A DNA stretch of 55,416 bases, the filler included, from Squatina squatina (Eukaryota): assembly GCA_031763465.1 (NCBI GenBank). It is 3 parts of 3 records of this genome, joined end to end, with 100 filler letters (N's around TTAATTAATTAA, not from the genome) between each part and the next. Parts side by side here need not be neighbours in the genome. Positions count along the whole stretch, not along the records: positions 1 to 14,433 come from JARFOE010000115.1; positions 14,534 to 38,782 come from JARFOE010000013.1; 1 more part is not named here. The stretch is one strand, 5' to 3'. The translations under genes were made by a program, and so were the position numbers. Position 1 is the first letter of the stretch, and each line of letters starts with the position of its first letter. Positions 11,427 through 23,155 of this stretch are shown here, piece after piece. Under the pieces are notes generated by a model. It was not told where the DNA came from, made no database searches, and saw only the letters and a list, made by a program, of their open reading frames with translations.

Positions 11427-14023
11427 ATTTTAATTTTATCAACTGAAATTTTCCCTCAGGAAACTAAACTGATTATTACTTTAGTCATCTCCAACCTATG
11501 GTTTCATAATTGTCTTTCATTGCTCACAGCTGAGAACTATAAAAAGTTTGCTGAAGTAACATAAGGTAATGTTTCCAATTACCCTACTGATCCTAACCTT
11601 CAGTGCCCCTCCTCAAGGATTTGTTGCAGAATGCTCCATTGGACTAATGCAGAAATGTTACTATTAATATGTACAAATTTTATATAAATTGTCAAACCCT
11701 TGAGGGGAACAAGATTTTAAAATAAATTGTACATGGGTAAACTTGAGATTGGGTGTAAAGGTTTCATAACTGTGATATAAAACAAAAGGAACTAATTAAA
11801 ACATAACACTGGCCTTATTTATCTGAATGTGTCAAATCTATTTAGTCGGTTGATTCATATATTATAATTTCTTTGGAGTACTGAATCTCACTAAAATTTC
11901 AGTTAACTGTATGAAAATCTTTTAAGAACTTAATCCATAATCTATGTGTGAAACTTCACCAAATGCTTATTAGAAGTCCAAGTATGCAATGTAGCAGGGT
12001 TTACCACAGTTGACTAAAGTTGTTATATGATCAAAGAAATCAGGGAAATGGATCGGNNNNNNNNNNNNNNNNNNNNNNNNNNNNNNNNNNNNNNNNNNNN
12101 NNNNNNNNNNNNNNNNNNNNNNNNNNNNNNNNNNNNNNNNNNNNNNNNNNNNNNNNCCAGCAAGAAATGCCTAATTTTACATACTCCCAAGTGCAGAAGA
12201 ATAATGAACCTTACACTTAAATCAATTAAATCCATTGGGTGTACAGTCTTGGCACTGTTAGTCAGGTAGCCCCTTAACCAATCACAGCTAAGCAATTAAG
12301 CAATACTAACGTAGATGAGCATTCGTGTCTGGCAGTGTACCAACAGCTGCTGATCTCCAGTGCACTCAATAAAAAGATACAGTTCTTTATGCAATTTCCT
12401 TAGATCTGAACATTTATGCTTTGAGTTCTAATGTGACTGCACCGTCAGAGGATCAGTGAAATGGCTTCTCAGCAGTATGACAAGAATTTATCGAATGTAG
12501 CCAGGTAACAAATTAGTTAGTTTCTGTCGTTGGGTACCTCTGATAAATTGATTTCAGTTTCAGTAATTAAATGCGTACTGAACGTTGAGAGCTGATCTGG
12601 TCGAGATCTTCTGTAAAAGTCCAAAAGTTACAAAGAATTATAATTAAAATTGTTTTCTCTTTCTGAATTGTTGAATATTTTATGTGTTTATATTCGACAT
12701 TATATTTTAGGGGTAAATTGTGACTGAGGAACTATCATGGTGACTGAATCTCCAATAAAATGTGTTTTTTGCAATGTGATTGAATAAAAAAAATGTGCAA
12801 TCTAAGGAGATAAAATAGTTGAGGAGCAAAAATTTATATAACATGATTGGTGAGATAACAATGGAAAATAAAGAGCAAGTCAGAATATGTGCTGTTTTAC
12901 AACATGGGCTCATTCAGCCCCAACAGCAAGCACTTCTTATGCTCCTAGTAGAGAAATGCTGCTACAACCGTTTCTCTCCCTCTCCTTCCTCCCAACTCAA
13001 AAGGTCTCTCATCCCTCCCTTTCAACNNNNNNNNNNNNNNNNNNNNNNNNNNNNNNNNNNNNNNNNNNNNNNNNNNNNNNNNNNNNNNNNNNNNNNNNNN
13101 NNNNNNNNNNNNNNNNNNNNNNNNNNCCCTTTAACCGTTTTTGTCATTTTTCTATGTCAACCATTCTGGCACTTAACTAAATATAAAGTATAAAAACATT
13201 TTTATAAATATCAGCAAAAGAATACATATTCATGCTTCACATCGCATATGAGTATGGGCATGTACAGGAACATTTAAGGGAAGGGAAATGGTGCTTTATT
13301 TTAAATTTTATCATGCTGGTGCCAGAGGAGGGGATGATAATAGGTGAAGAAAAGCTGAAGGTCAGCTGACAATAAGAGGGCAAGACATGTAAAATTCAGA
13401 AGAGTCCCTGTTAGTTTATAGTGCCAAAGCATCATATTTGTTTTAACCAGCTCTGAGGTAAGACTTAATCCTGAGGTAGATCTCTGATTATGTGGCACTG
13501 ACATCAGATTATTTATAGTGCAAAAGGAGTCTGGATTTCTGCACAAATGCAATTTCTATTTCTTATAAGTGTACTTCTAGGCTCAAAATGTGTCAACAGG
13601 AAAATCGTGATTACAGATGACCGATAATGTATTATTCAATGCAATGCTGGTCCCGTGCAAAAAAAGGGGCTAAGTGTGCAATAGAATAATTCCTTTAATC
13701 CCNNNNNNNNNNNNNNNNNNNNNNNNNNNNNNNNNNNNNNNNNNNNNNNNNNNNNNNNNNNNNNNNNNNNNNNNNNNNNNNNNNNNNNNNNNNNNNNNNN
13801 NNCTGTTATGAGCCATATTCACTTTACAAAATAAATTATTTTCATTAGCTATATGACTAATTCACATGTATTTTTTAAGCAAGCCATGATACTGCTTTCA
13901 TTGTATTACTGGCATGAAAACAATTAAAATGTCAGTATTGTACTGATTTTACATTAAAACATCCAACGTATAATCTTAAAAATCTTCAATTAAATATTAA
14001 TGGCATTCTCTCATCTCTTACAG

Positions 14024-14124
14024 AACGATGAAATTGAGCCTGCAGTTTTCACCTTTGATAAATTTTATGCATTAACACAAAAAATTTGTCCTCGCACTGA
14101 CATTGAGGAGCTTTTCAGGAAACT
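14024..14124 (+). CDS. PLCB4: Phospholipase C beta-4, internal coding exon (EF-hand region)
   Basis: ctcttacag acceptor and gtaagt donor. Encodes [33 protein letters not shown], versus human PLCB4 [33 protein letters not shown]. 101 bp. Confidence 0.95.
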
Positions 14125-14433
14125 GTAAGTTTTGAATTATTAGGAATTATTTGTTAACTGAAGCTGAAGGCAGATCACTGATACAAAAGAAATCGAGCAC
14201 ACCCTTTTTTTGTAGATACAAAAAGACATCATTCTTAATAGCACAAAATAGCATTTAGTTTCTAATGTTTATATGGCCTATGCTATAGCTGAAACCTCTT
14301 TTAACTAAATAAGGAATGGTGCATTACACTGTTTACCCATTTATTTTCTTCATTATAACAGTACTAGTTATAATAAAGTGGTAGTATCATCTAAAACTTT
14401 TTTAAAAATCTGATTATTCCTTTTACAGTGTAA

Positions 14434-14533
14434 NNNNNNNNNNNNNNNNNNNNNNNNNNNNNNNNNNNNNNNNNNNNTTAATTAATTAANNNNNNNNNNN
14501 NNNNNNNNNNNNNNNNNNNNNNNNNNNNNNNNN
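14434..14533. other. Artificial scaffold linker N44-TTAATTAATTAA-N44
   Basis: Six-frame stop linker at 14478-14489, centred in exactly 100 positions. Confidence 0.95.
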
Positions 14534-14559
14534 CTCACAAACCCGAGAATCATGTTTCT

Positions 14560-14765
14560 AGTAATCCCATAACCACTGACTCATGTTGCAGTACAGTTCC
14601 ATGGGCATCAGTGGTTCTCTGGTACTTTGCCCAAGCAGTCAATCTTCATATAGGAGCCTGGACAGTGATAATTGAAAGGCTGCTCAGGGTTGCTGAGGTC
14701 AACTGCTGCTCTGGCTGAAATCAGTTAACTAGCACATACCTGGAATCAAACCTGGGACTTTTTAC
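14560..14765 (-). mobile_element. Old SINE family B
   Basis: Reverse complement of family B motifs (ctgactcatgttg..gttccatgggc..cagttaact..tcaaacctgggac, a B-box-like end). Confidence 0.55.
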
Positions 14766-16116
14766 TCAATGGGGTTTGATTTGAACTGCTCCCATTGGAC
14801 AAGAAACTATTGATTCCAATGAAAAGAAAAAATGGCCACATGTAAAACAGGCGGCCAACTTACTCTCGCCCATTTTCCGCTTGGCAGGATCTGTTAAAAT
14901 TGACCTCAATAAAGCTTCATAACACAAGTGAATTGCCTTTCCCCAAGAGGTCGTCTGTTAGCTGAAAATACGTGACGCTTAAAATCAGCTTCCTTTGTCA
15001 AACAGTTTAAGATGTTCGTTAAGCTCACCGTCTAAAGTGTGTAGTAATTCATTGCAAGATAAATTCCATCCAGGACACAAAGCAATGCTGCTGAACTACA
15101 GGAAGGAATCAGTTAAATCCCTGACACTCAGAAGAAGCTGGTTGATATGACTAGAGTGACCTCTGAGCTGACTCTACCCTTGCCTGCTGCTTCTGTCTTG
15201 CTGCTCATCTACATCCATATTAATTATAGATGAAGCCTAACTGCCTTGGGAAGGAGAAAAAAATGAAATGGGTTCTAAAAAGGTACAATTCCTGATTATG
15301 CCAGAACAGAATGTCTTATGTTTCCTGCAATTTAATTTTTAAAAAGTAATGAGAGAAACATCCATCACAAATCAGTAACCAAGTNNNNNNNNNNNNNNNN
15401 NNNNNNNNNNNNNNNNNNNNNNNNNNNNNNNNNNNNNNNNNNNNNNNNNNNNNNNNNNNNNNNNNNNNNNNNNNNNNNNNNNNNCTGTGTCTTCAAAAGT
15501 CTTCCGAACGCTTACCTCTTAAACTGTGTCTTTGTTCCCCCACCCAGTAAATTCTTTCATCTACTGCTGGATGTCCACCTCTCATTCCCCCTCCCCCCTC
15601 TTCCTTTTGTATTTAATTTTCCTTTTTGGCCGTTACCTTATTCAAAACCTTGAAACCAGGCTTTCTATCCGTGTCATTGTCTCACAAATCTACTGTGAAA
15701 GAATTCCTTGGAGGCTTAAACTGCGTGAAGTATTTATGGATTGAAACCCTGCCCTCCCAGTAGATGTTGGATGCCATTTTCAGCAGTTCAGCTTTATTCA
15801 CTGATAAAATATGACTGCAAACTCCTAAGGCTAGCTGCAGGGAATGGTTGGCTAAAAGGCTGAAACAACAAGCCTTAAAGTCTGTCAAAGACCATTGCAC
15901 AGCTAACTTTCAAAGGTACACTGACAACCATGTGACCCCTTGTCTTTTTCTCCAGACCAGGTACACACTTGCATACTGAAACACTGGGCGTCACAGCTTG
16001 AGGCTTTTTTAATCTTTCAAACGTTTATCATTATATTCTTAAGTCAAAAGGGAAATTAGTGTAGCTTAGCGATACCGAACCAAAATCAAAGTTAAATGAT
16101 TTGCTAGGTTACTTGG

Positions 16117-17264
16117 GGCGGCCAATTCGAGAGAAAACTTCTAGCGCGAAATCGGCACGAAACTGGCGTAAAGGCACTTTAGGTGTGAAAACGCGGGCGC
16201 AAAATTAGGGTCCTGTTTGCGCTGGTGCAAAATGGGCACAAGTCCCATAAAGTTTGACGCGCTGGCTGAAGCGTAATTGCGGCACTGTGACATTGTAAGT
16301 GCGTGCGCCGCCCAAAATTGCAGAGTCAGTGTGCACTAAATCCAGTGGTGACAATGCCTGCTTTTTTCAGCGGGGACACGGGCCTCATCTCAGATAATGC
16401 AGCACNNNNNNNNNNNNNNNNNNNNNNNNNNNNNNNNNNNNNNNNNNNNNNNNNNNNNNNNNNNNNNNNNNNNNNNNNNNNNNNNNNNNNNNNNNNNNNN
16501 NNNNNTACGAAGGGATTGCTCATCGGTCATGTGGAGGTAGCTGAAGTGGCGTCTGTAGACTCTGTGGGCCCTTGCCCTCCGCTCTCTAGAAGGATGCTGT
16601 AGTGGTCTGGGCTGTGCCACCAGTGGTACAGATGGCTCTGGCATGTCAGGTGGTTGTTGGGTATGGTGATCCTCAGGAGCTGCTGCTGCCTCACCCCTAG
16701 CCTCATTCCCCTGTGCCCTCCTGGCTCCCTGCTGGTTTCTTAGATGTCTTCTGTGCCTAAGGTACTTCATGTGATGTTGGTAGAGTTCCAGTCCATCGCT
16801 AGTGCATGGCCGAATTCTCTGACTTTTTTCAGTCTCAAAAATTCTGACCAAACGGCAATTCAAAGTATTTAGAGTCCTTATGTGAGCCAGAAAAGTGTAA
16901 AAATCCGCGATATCAGCATCACCGAGGCAAGATACAAGTCTTTAAATAGTATTGGTTATCATTAGATTGAAGGTGTCAATGCCCAAAAAAATGGGCATTG
17001 ACACCACTAATTTTAAGGTTCAGCAGCGTCATCGAATTGTTGAGCCAGCGGCCATTTTGGGCGTTGCGCCTACAGATGACGTCATTAACACCATCTTGCG
17101 CTGGATGCTGCGTTTCCTGCACTAGAGGTGCAACGCCCATTTAGCGCCAGCATTAACCGGACTCGAATTTTCCATTGCTAAAATTCGCGCCCAAAATCGG
17201 CGTTAGGCCTTTAATGCCGACTTAACGCCACTTTAGCACCCAAAAAAATGACGAATTGGCCGCC
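16117..17264 (-). mobile_element. PIF/Harbinger DNA transposon (both termini, internal gap) with the transposase N-terminus on the - strand
   Basis: Perfect 13-bp TIR ggcggccaattcg (16117-16129) / cgaattggccgcc (17252-17264). The minus-strand ORF ends RAHRVYRRHFSYLHMTDEQSLR, like the RVYR...YL.MSE.QC.RR N-terminal motif of HARBI1-type transposases. Confidence 0.8.
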
Positions 17265-17299
17265 TTATACACTAAGCCAAAAATAGACCAAAAATTGAA

Positions 17300-17640
17300 A
17301 GGGCCAATTCCCAGTCTGTATTGTGTTTGTTGTTTTCGGTTGCCTTGGCTGGTCCTATCAATTTGGGTGCTACAATTAGGCTCAACTTTCCTGGGCCAGG
17401 AAGGGGACAGGGGAAAATCAGCCAGAGTTCCTGCTCCTAATTACTATCTCACAAACCCTGCAGGAAACTGGAGATTACATGAAATGCAAGATTGGGATCA
17501 TCTATAATGCCCTTCATGGTGGAATAGCCTACAAATGTTAATCTATGTAGAATGGGCATTTAGGATGAAGTATCAGACAACTTCCAGCGTCTGTGAAACT
17601 CTATCTCAATAAGAGTCACAAAGCTGAAAAGGGGAGAAAA
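17300..17640 (+). mobile_element. Old SINE family B
   Basis: ctacaattaggctc..aaaatcagccagagttcctgctcct..ccctgcaggaa..gaatagcct motifs shared with the other copies. Confidence 0.6.
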
Positions 17641-20269
17641 CTGAAAGTATCTAGTTTCAAAATTAATATTGCAAATTCATCTGTATGCTTGTAATAATAT
17701 TGAAAATAATGAATGTCCCCTGACTGTAATTATTATAGTTAGAAGATGATTAGCGTCATTGAATTATGCAATATATTACAAAGGGCAGTGCATTTAAAAG
17801 AGACAGCTACTGTGAGAAAATGATACTGCACATTTATCAGAGGTTACTACTACATATAATCCAGTAGTTGAGAATTGATCTTTTTTTTTGTTTAATGTGC
17901 TATCTGAATCAAATTAGAAATAGGTTTAATACTCCTTACATTCTTATACTGACAGTTGATTGAAAATAGCAACAATAATATTAAAGTGTTTCTGTTTATA
18001 ACACGGTAATATATAAGCATTCTATAGTTGGTTTACTGGCACCAAGCAAGCCATAAATTAAGAAAATCAGAAGCGTAGGATAATATAGCACAGCATGTGT
18101 CAAAACATTCCAGAAATTGAAAGTGCTGGATTGGAGGTGGGGAGGCGAAGGAATTTGTCCTATGTATGCTCCCAAACAATTCTCATCAGACCACCTTTTT
18201 ATTATGAAACGGCAACTGGTTACCTTCACTGAATTTACACAATGCCTGGAGGTGTCAGTGGCAAAAGATAAATCATACTTTATTTAAGTTCTTTAATGAC
18301 AAGAATTTAAAATAAATTACATCAATTTTGTTTAGCATAGCAAAGAAAAGCAAGCGTAGTCATTGACTTCCCAAACAAATAGTGTATTAAAAACATTCTT
18401 TTCACAGAGAGTGGATAGAACGTGTAATTCTCTGTCACAAACCACTGCTGAAGCAGAGTTCTTAAATTATTTTAAAAGAGAATCTGATATTTGCTTGGAA
18501 AAGAGGAAAATTAAAGGGCATGGGGAGGTGTTACAGCTTTTGGGCTGGGATTTGCAGCATCGATTGCTCCTGTAAGCAGACCTCCCACCTCTTACATTGC
18601 ACATTTCACTCACATTGCCCAGCATCTCCCTAAATGATAACGTAACCCATGGAGTATAACAATGGCCTCTCGCTGTCACACTAACTGATAGCCCAATCTT
18701 GCATGTGCCCTCAGGGGTGCTTCTCCAATCTTTTGAGAGGTGTAAGTGATGAACACTCTGGTATACAGAAGTTGACAATAAATCAAGGAGCTGGTTTATA
18801 TTCAGATTACNNNNNNNNNNNNNNNNNNNNNNNNNNNNNNNNNNNNNNNNNNNNNNNNNNNNNNNNNNNNNNNNNNNNNNNNNNNNNNNNNNNNNNNNNN
18901 NNNNNNNNNNCAGATGAAGTCAAATTTCACAGCCACTTTGAGTATACACTTAAAAAAAGACATAATAGGTGTACAACCTTTCAAAAAGAGTGGTAATCGA
19001 ACAACCCCTTAAAAAACTGGGAAGAGACATGACCCAGGTCTTTAAATATTGAAAAGCATGCACAATGTGAGCAGATATCTGTCAGTGGCCAGAACATCAC
19101 AAGGAAAGGTATCACAGGGAAAGGCATTGAAGGTTATAAACAGAAGTATAGCACAGATGGTTAGAAACTGTATGGAAGAGGACGATGTCTTTAGTGAGCT
19201 GTGTTTAGTGGAATCATAAAGAATGCATTTGCCATTTTGCTACACAGACAGCACGGAGGGAATCTTTCCACCAGTAGCTTCAGTCCTACTGGGACTATTG
19301 AACTGTCATTTCTGGTCAGACTGAATAATGTATGTTATACGGTTAGCCCAATATTCTTGAGTTTTGTTTGATTCCTTTGATGGCCAGGGAGATCTTAATA
19401 GTCTCCTCTTCATGGAGATTTTATCTGTGGTTACTCACTGCAACAGGACAATAAATAAGTTAGTGAGGTCATGGCACTGCAAATTGTACATGACGCATTG
19501 GAAGAAATAGCCAGTGGATAGAATGGCTTATCCTTCTATCTTTTCAATGTTCCTATGTAAATTCCAAGCAAGAATTATCATATGTTCTAATTCCTCCATC
19601 TGTCCCTTTTGAACTTGCTACAAAATCATAATTTTAGGTGCTGTTGGTTTTTAGGGAAGGAAAACACCTTGAAAAGCTTATTTGTCACAATCCTTTCATG
19701 CACAAGTGATACAAGACTGCTTTTGCAATATGATGACAGTTTGACACAAATTCTATTATTATAACATAAATTAGGCCAGTGCGTTGTCTGTATAGAAAGA
19801 AAAGCTCGCCTGACTTCACATGCCCCTTTAAATAATTTTAACTGGGTTTACTCTATATCACATGATGTGGTCCCAACCAAGACTCCAGAGGAAGTGTCAC
19901 TGTTATTAGTCTAATTGCTATAGATTGCAGATGTCTGGAAGATAGAGGAAGCCTTTGTCTGTTTTTCTTCACTTTATTTAACTTGCAACTATTTGAGAGT
20001 TTTAATGGGTTGTTTGTATTCCTATGTATTTTGCAAGAGAACAGTGGATGTCTGGTGGGCCGGACTCCTGTGCTGAATGGCCAGGGATGGGGGGGAGGGT
20101 CGGGGAGTCTGTCGAGGCCCTGCAGTTGATTTTAATTGCAGCTGTCTGAGATAGCTGTTTTAATTATTAAAATAGAGCTGGTGGTGATGTTTAACCACTA
20201 AGGCTGTACCCGCACATCACTTTATCTGTGTGGAAGTTAAAGAGACAACCCAATTGCAAAGACATTAAA

Positions 20270-20347
20270 AAAAGAAAGAATTTACATTTATATAGTGCCT
20301 TTCATGCCCACAGGACATCGCAAAGTACTTTGCAGTCAATTAAGTAC
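20270..20347 (-). mobile_element. DeuSINE 3' tail
   Basis: aaagaaagaatttacatttatatagtgcctttcatg..caggacatcgcaaagtacttt, the reverse complement of the tail at 29760-29836. Confidence 0.7.
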
Positions 20348-20447
20348 NNNNNNNNNNNNNNNNNNNNNNNNNNNNNNNNNNNNNNNNNNNNNNNNNNNNN
20401 NNNNNNNNNNNNNNNNNNNNNNNNNNNNNNNNNNNNNNNNNNNNNNN

Positions 20448-20771
20448 GTGCTTTTCCCAGCTCTCATTGAATGGACTTACCAATGGCCTCTGAGTTTCCG
20501 CCTCCCCTTCACAGGCGAAGTACCCGAGCTGTGTGAATCCCGCAATCCTGCAGTAAAAGTTAAAAGCCGGTGTTAAAAACCCTCTTAAGGGTCTCTCAAC
20601 AAGCAGTTAATGACTTGAATGAGGTCGCCCACCACTGCTGACACCTAAATCTGTTAAATGCGCGAGGTGGCGGAATGACGGCAGGTTTCTGACATGCTGG
20701 CAATTTCGGGAATTTTTACTGCTGACCTGCCCCCAAACCCATATGCTTGGCAACGGGAAAATTCCGGCCCC
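20448..20771. mobile_element. Harbinger-type MITE right arm
   Basis: CpG-rich, ends gggaaaattccggcccc next to ta. Confidence 0.5.
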
Positions 20772-22366
20772 TATGTTTGTCCCAAAAAATTGGGTTTTAT
20801 TCCGCCCGTCTTACACTCGTAAAATAGACACAACAATGTCCAATTTTCTACCCGATAGAATGATTACAACTTTCATTGTTAACTCTTGTTTTACTATATG
20901 CATTGAATAAATGGGAAAAATTTAAACTTAAGGAGATATTTTGTTTTGCTACTCAGCAGATATTCAGCAAAATCAATAATCATCCTAGTAAAATTACCTT
21001 TTGCAGTTCCAATACAATTAAGTTAAAGAAAATGACAGGCTCAGGAGCTGTCCTTCAACAAACCTAATAAATTCAGAATTGTTACTTTTAATATAATTGC
21101 GAAGGTAGCAAACCAGATCTACTTAGTCCAGTATAAATATTTGCTGTGCCTTTAGTGCATTTGTTGCTATTGTACATTTCATTTCCAGACTGAATTGGTT
21201 TTGTCAGTGCTCTATTTACCAACCTATTAACAGAACCAGTTGTTCCAATGGTAAAGCGTTAGATTCCCAACCAGAAGGCTAAAGTTCAAATCCCAGATTA
21301 AACTGGTACCCAGAATCAGTAACCCTATTTTAGTGACTTTCACAACTTTCATCAAGGCCATTGGATGGCTCACTCAGCAGCAACAGCCGCAGCACAGATG
21401 TCAAACAGGAAGAAAAACTGCCCACTCCTGCCACTGCCCTTAAAAGTGCACTTCTTGTTGGTCAATTAAAAAGCTTTATTGATGGCAGCTGTGGAGAAAG
21501 TCATGCCTCCAACCATTCCGACTTTCTGGCTGAAGGAGGAAGTGCAGTGAGGCAACTAAAAGGGAACAGACATGAAAAATGGCTGTCAGAGAATATCTGG
21601 ACATCAGTTGTGGGGAAATTGTTGAGAGGCTGATGAGGCATGCTGTGTCTAGCTCCCATATGGATCTACTGACTCTTTTTTGGTTATTGTAGGNNNNNNN
21701 NNNNNNNNNNNNNNNACTGTCAGGCTCCCACTGGGCTTTTCAAGTCATTTCAGTCTGTTAGTCTCCATGGTTTCCAGTGTTTGACTATGCAACAAATGTC
21801 TTCTTTTTAAAGCTGCAGTGCCCTTGATTTTTACATTTTGATTTCAATCTGTTTATCCAGTATATTTACTCTCCTGATAAATCAAAATAAATATAAACTT
21901 ATCAGCGACATTCAAGAGCAGTCTGCTCAAACCAGTCACATTTTCAGGGATATCACTGTGACTGAGAACAGGTCTAAAACTATAAGTATCTTCGTGAAGT
22001 GCATCCACATGGTTAGACTTAAAATTTTAGAAATACTTATTTGATAAGGTGGGCTAAACCATTACTAAAGAAGGGATGTTTCACAAAACTGGGACCAACA
22101 TTTAATACCGTAAACACTCCGCCGAAGTGTCCAAAGAGCGCATTCGGAGCCCGGCACTCAACCAACCCCAGCCAGTGACAGAGTGCGCGGTTCACTGGAC
22201 TTCAGTTTGAGAACCACTTGCAGCCCGTACTGGTGGATCATTTGTGTTACAATATAAATAAAACACNNNNNNNNNNNNNNNNNNNNNNNNNNNNNNNNNN
22301 NNNNNNNNNNNNNNNNNNNNNNNNNNNNNNNNNNNNNNNNNNNNNNNNNNNNNNNNNNNNNNNNNN

Positions 22367-22568
22367 ATTTTGGGCATTGCGCAGTCTGATTACATCACGG
22401 AGACTATTTCACACCCAGCGTCACGTTTTCAGCGCTCCCGCATTAGCGCGGCGTTAAACTGAGACCAATTTCGCATCTTAGCATTTAGCGCTGAAAACGA
22501 GCATTAGATCCCCAAAGCCTGTTCTACACCCATTTAGCGCTAGCGCTGAAGGACTAATTGGGCACCCC
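22367..22568. mobile_element. Harbinger-type transposon right arm
   Basis: Ends aattgggcacccc, the same terminus as 43834-43847; dense tt(t)agcgc repeats. Confidence 0.65.
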
Positions 22569-22903
22569 TTGTACTGAGCCCTGCAGAACCCTACTGGAAA
22601 CAACCTTTCAGTCACAAAAACACCCCAAAAAATACTTTAAGGTCTAATTTAAATGGGTAAACCTGGCAAGTACAAGCTCCATCCAAAATTCTGCCCTCCT
22701 GCCCTCCCCTCTTCCCCTGCAGTGAAATCCATCGGGTTTACACCCTATCAAACCAGTGGAATCTCGGGGCCATAGATAATGTCATGCAAAGTTTTCATCA
22801 ATCTCCTTTTTTATTATAATAAAGCAATCTTACATAAATGGCTGTTGTAGCAAAAAAAATCTCTGGCACAAAGAGGGATAGTTTAAAAAGCTGCCAAGAT
22901 TCA

Positions 22904-23155
22904 ACATGCGAACACATGAAAAATGACAGACAGGAAAAGATCTAGGTCCATCCAGCCTGTTCCATACAGTTGCAATGTCTTCTGCATCACAATATATACA
23001 CTCCCCACCCCACCTTGAGCCATGTAATTTCCTGCAAGAGGTGAAAAAGCAGATAAAAACCCAGGCCAATCAGGGGGAAGAAAATCTGGAATATTCCTCT
23101 CTGACCCACTTAGGCGATCAAAACTAGACCAGGAGACCACCCTGGCCCCGATTAA
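22904..23155 (-). mobile_element. Non-LTR retroelement 3' end (CR1-like tail)
   Basis: On the - strand: caggctggatggacctagatc...tgtgttcgcatgtt, a tail with short tandem end repeats. Confidence 0.55.

Noticed and set aside
14429-14433. Possible next PLCB4 acceptor (ccttttacag|tgtaa)
   Set aside because: Only 5 nt remain before the linker, and they do not clearly match the expected NGDKTDYL peptide.
21240-21300. tRNA-like A/B-box sequence
   Set aside because: No complete cloverleaf or acceptor stem; more likely a decayed SINE head.
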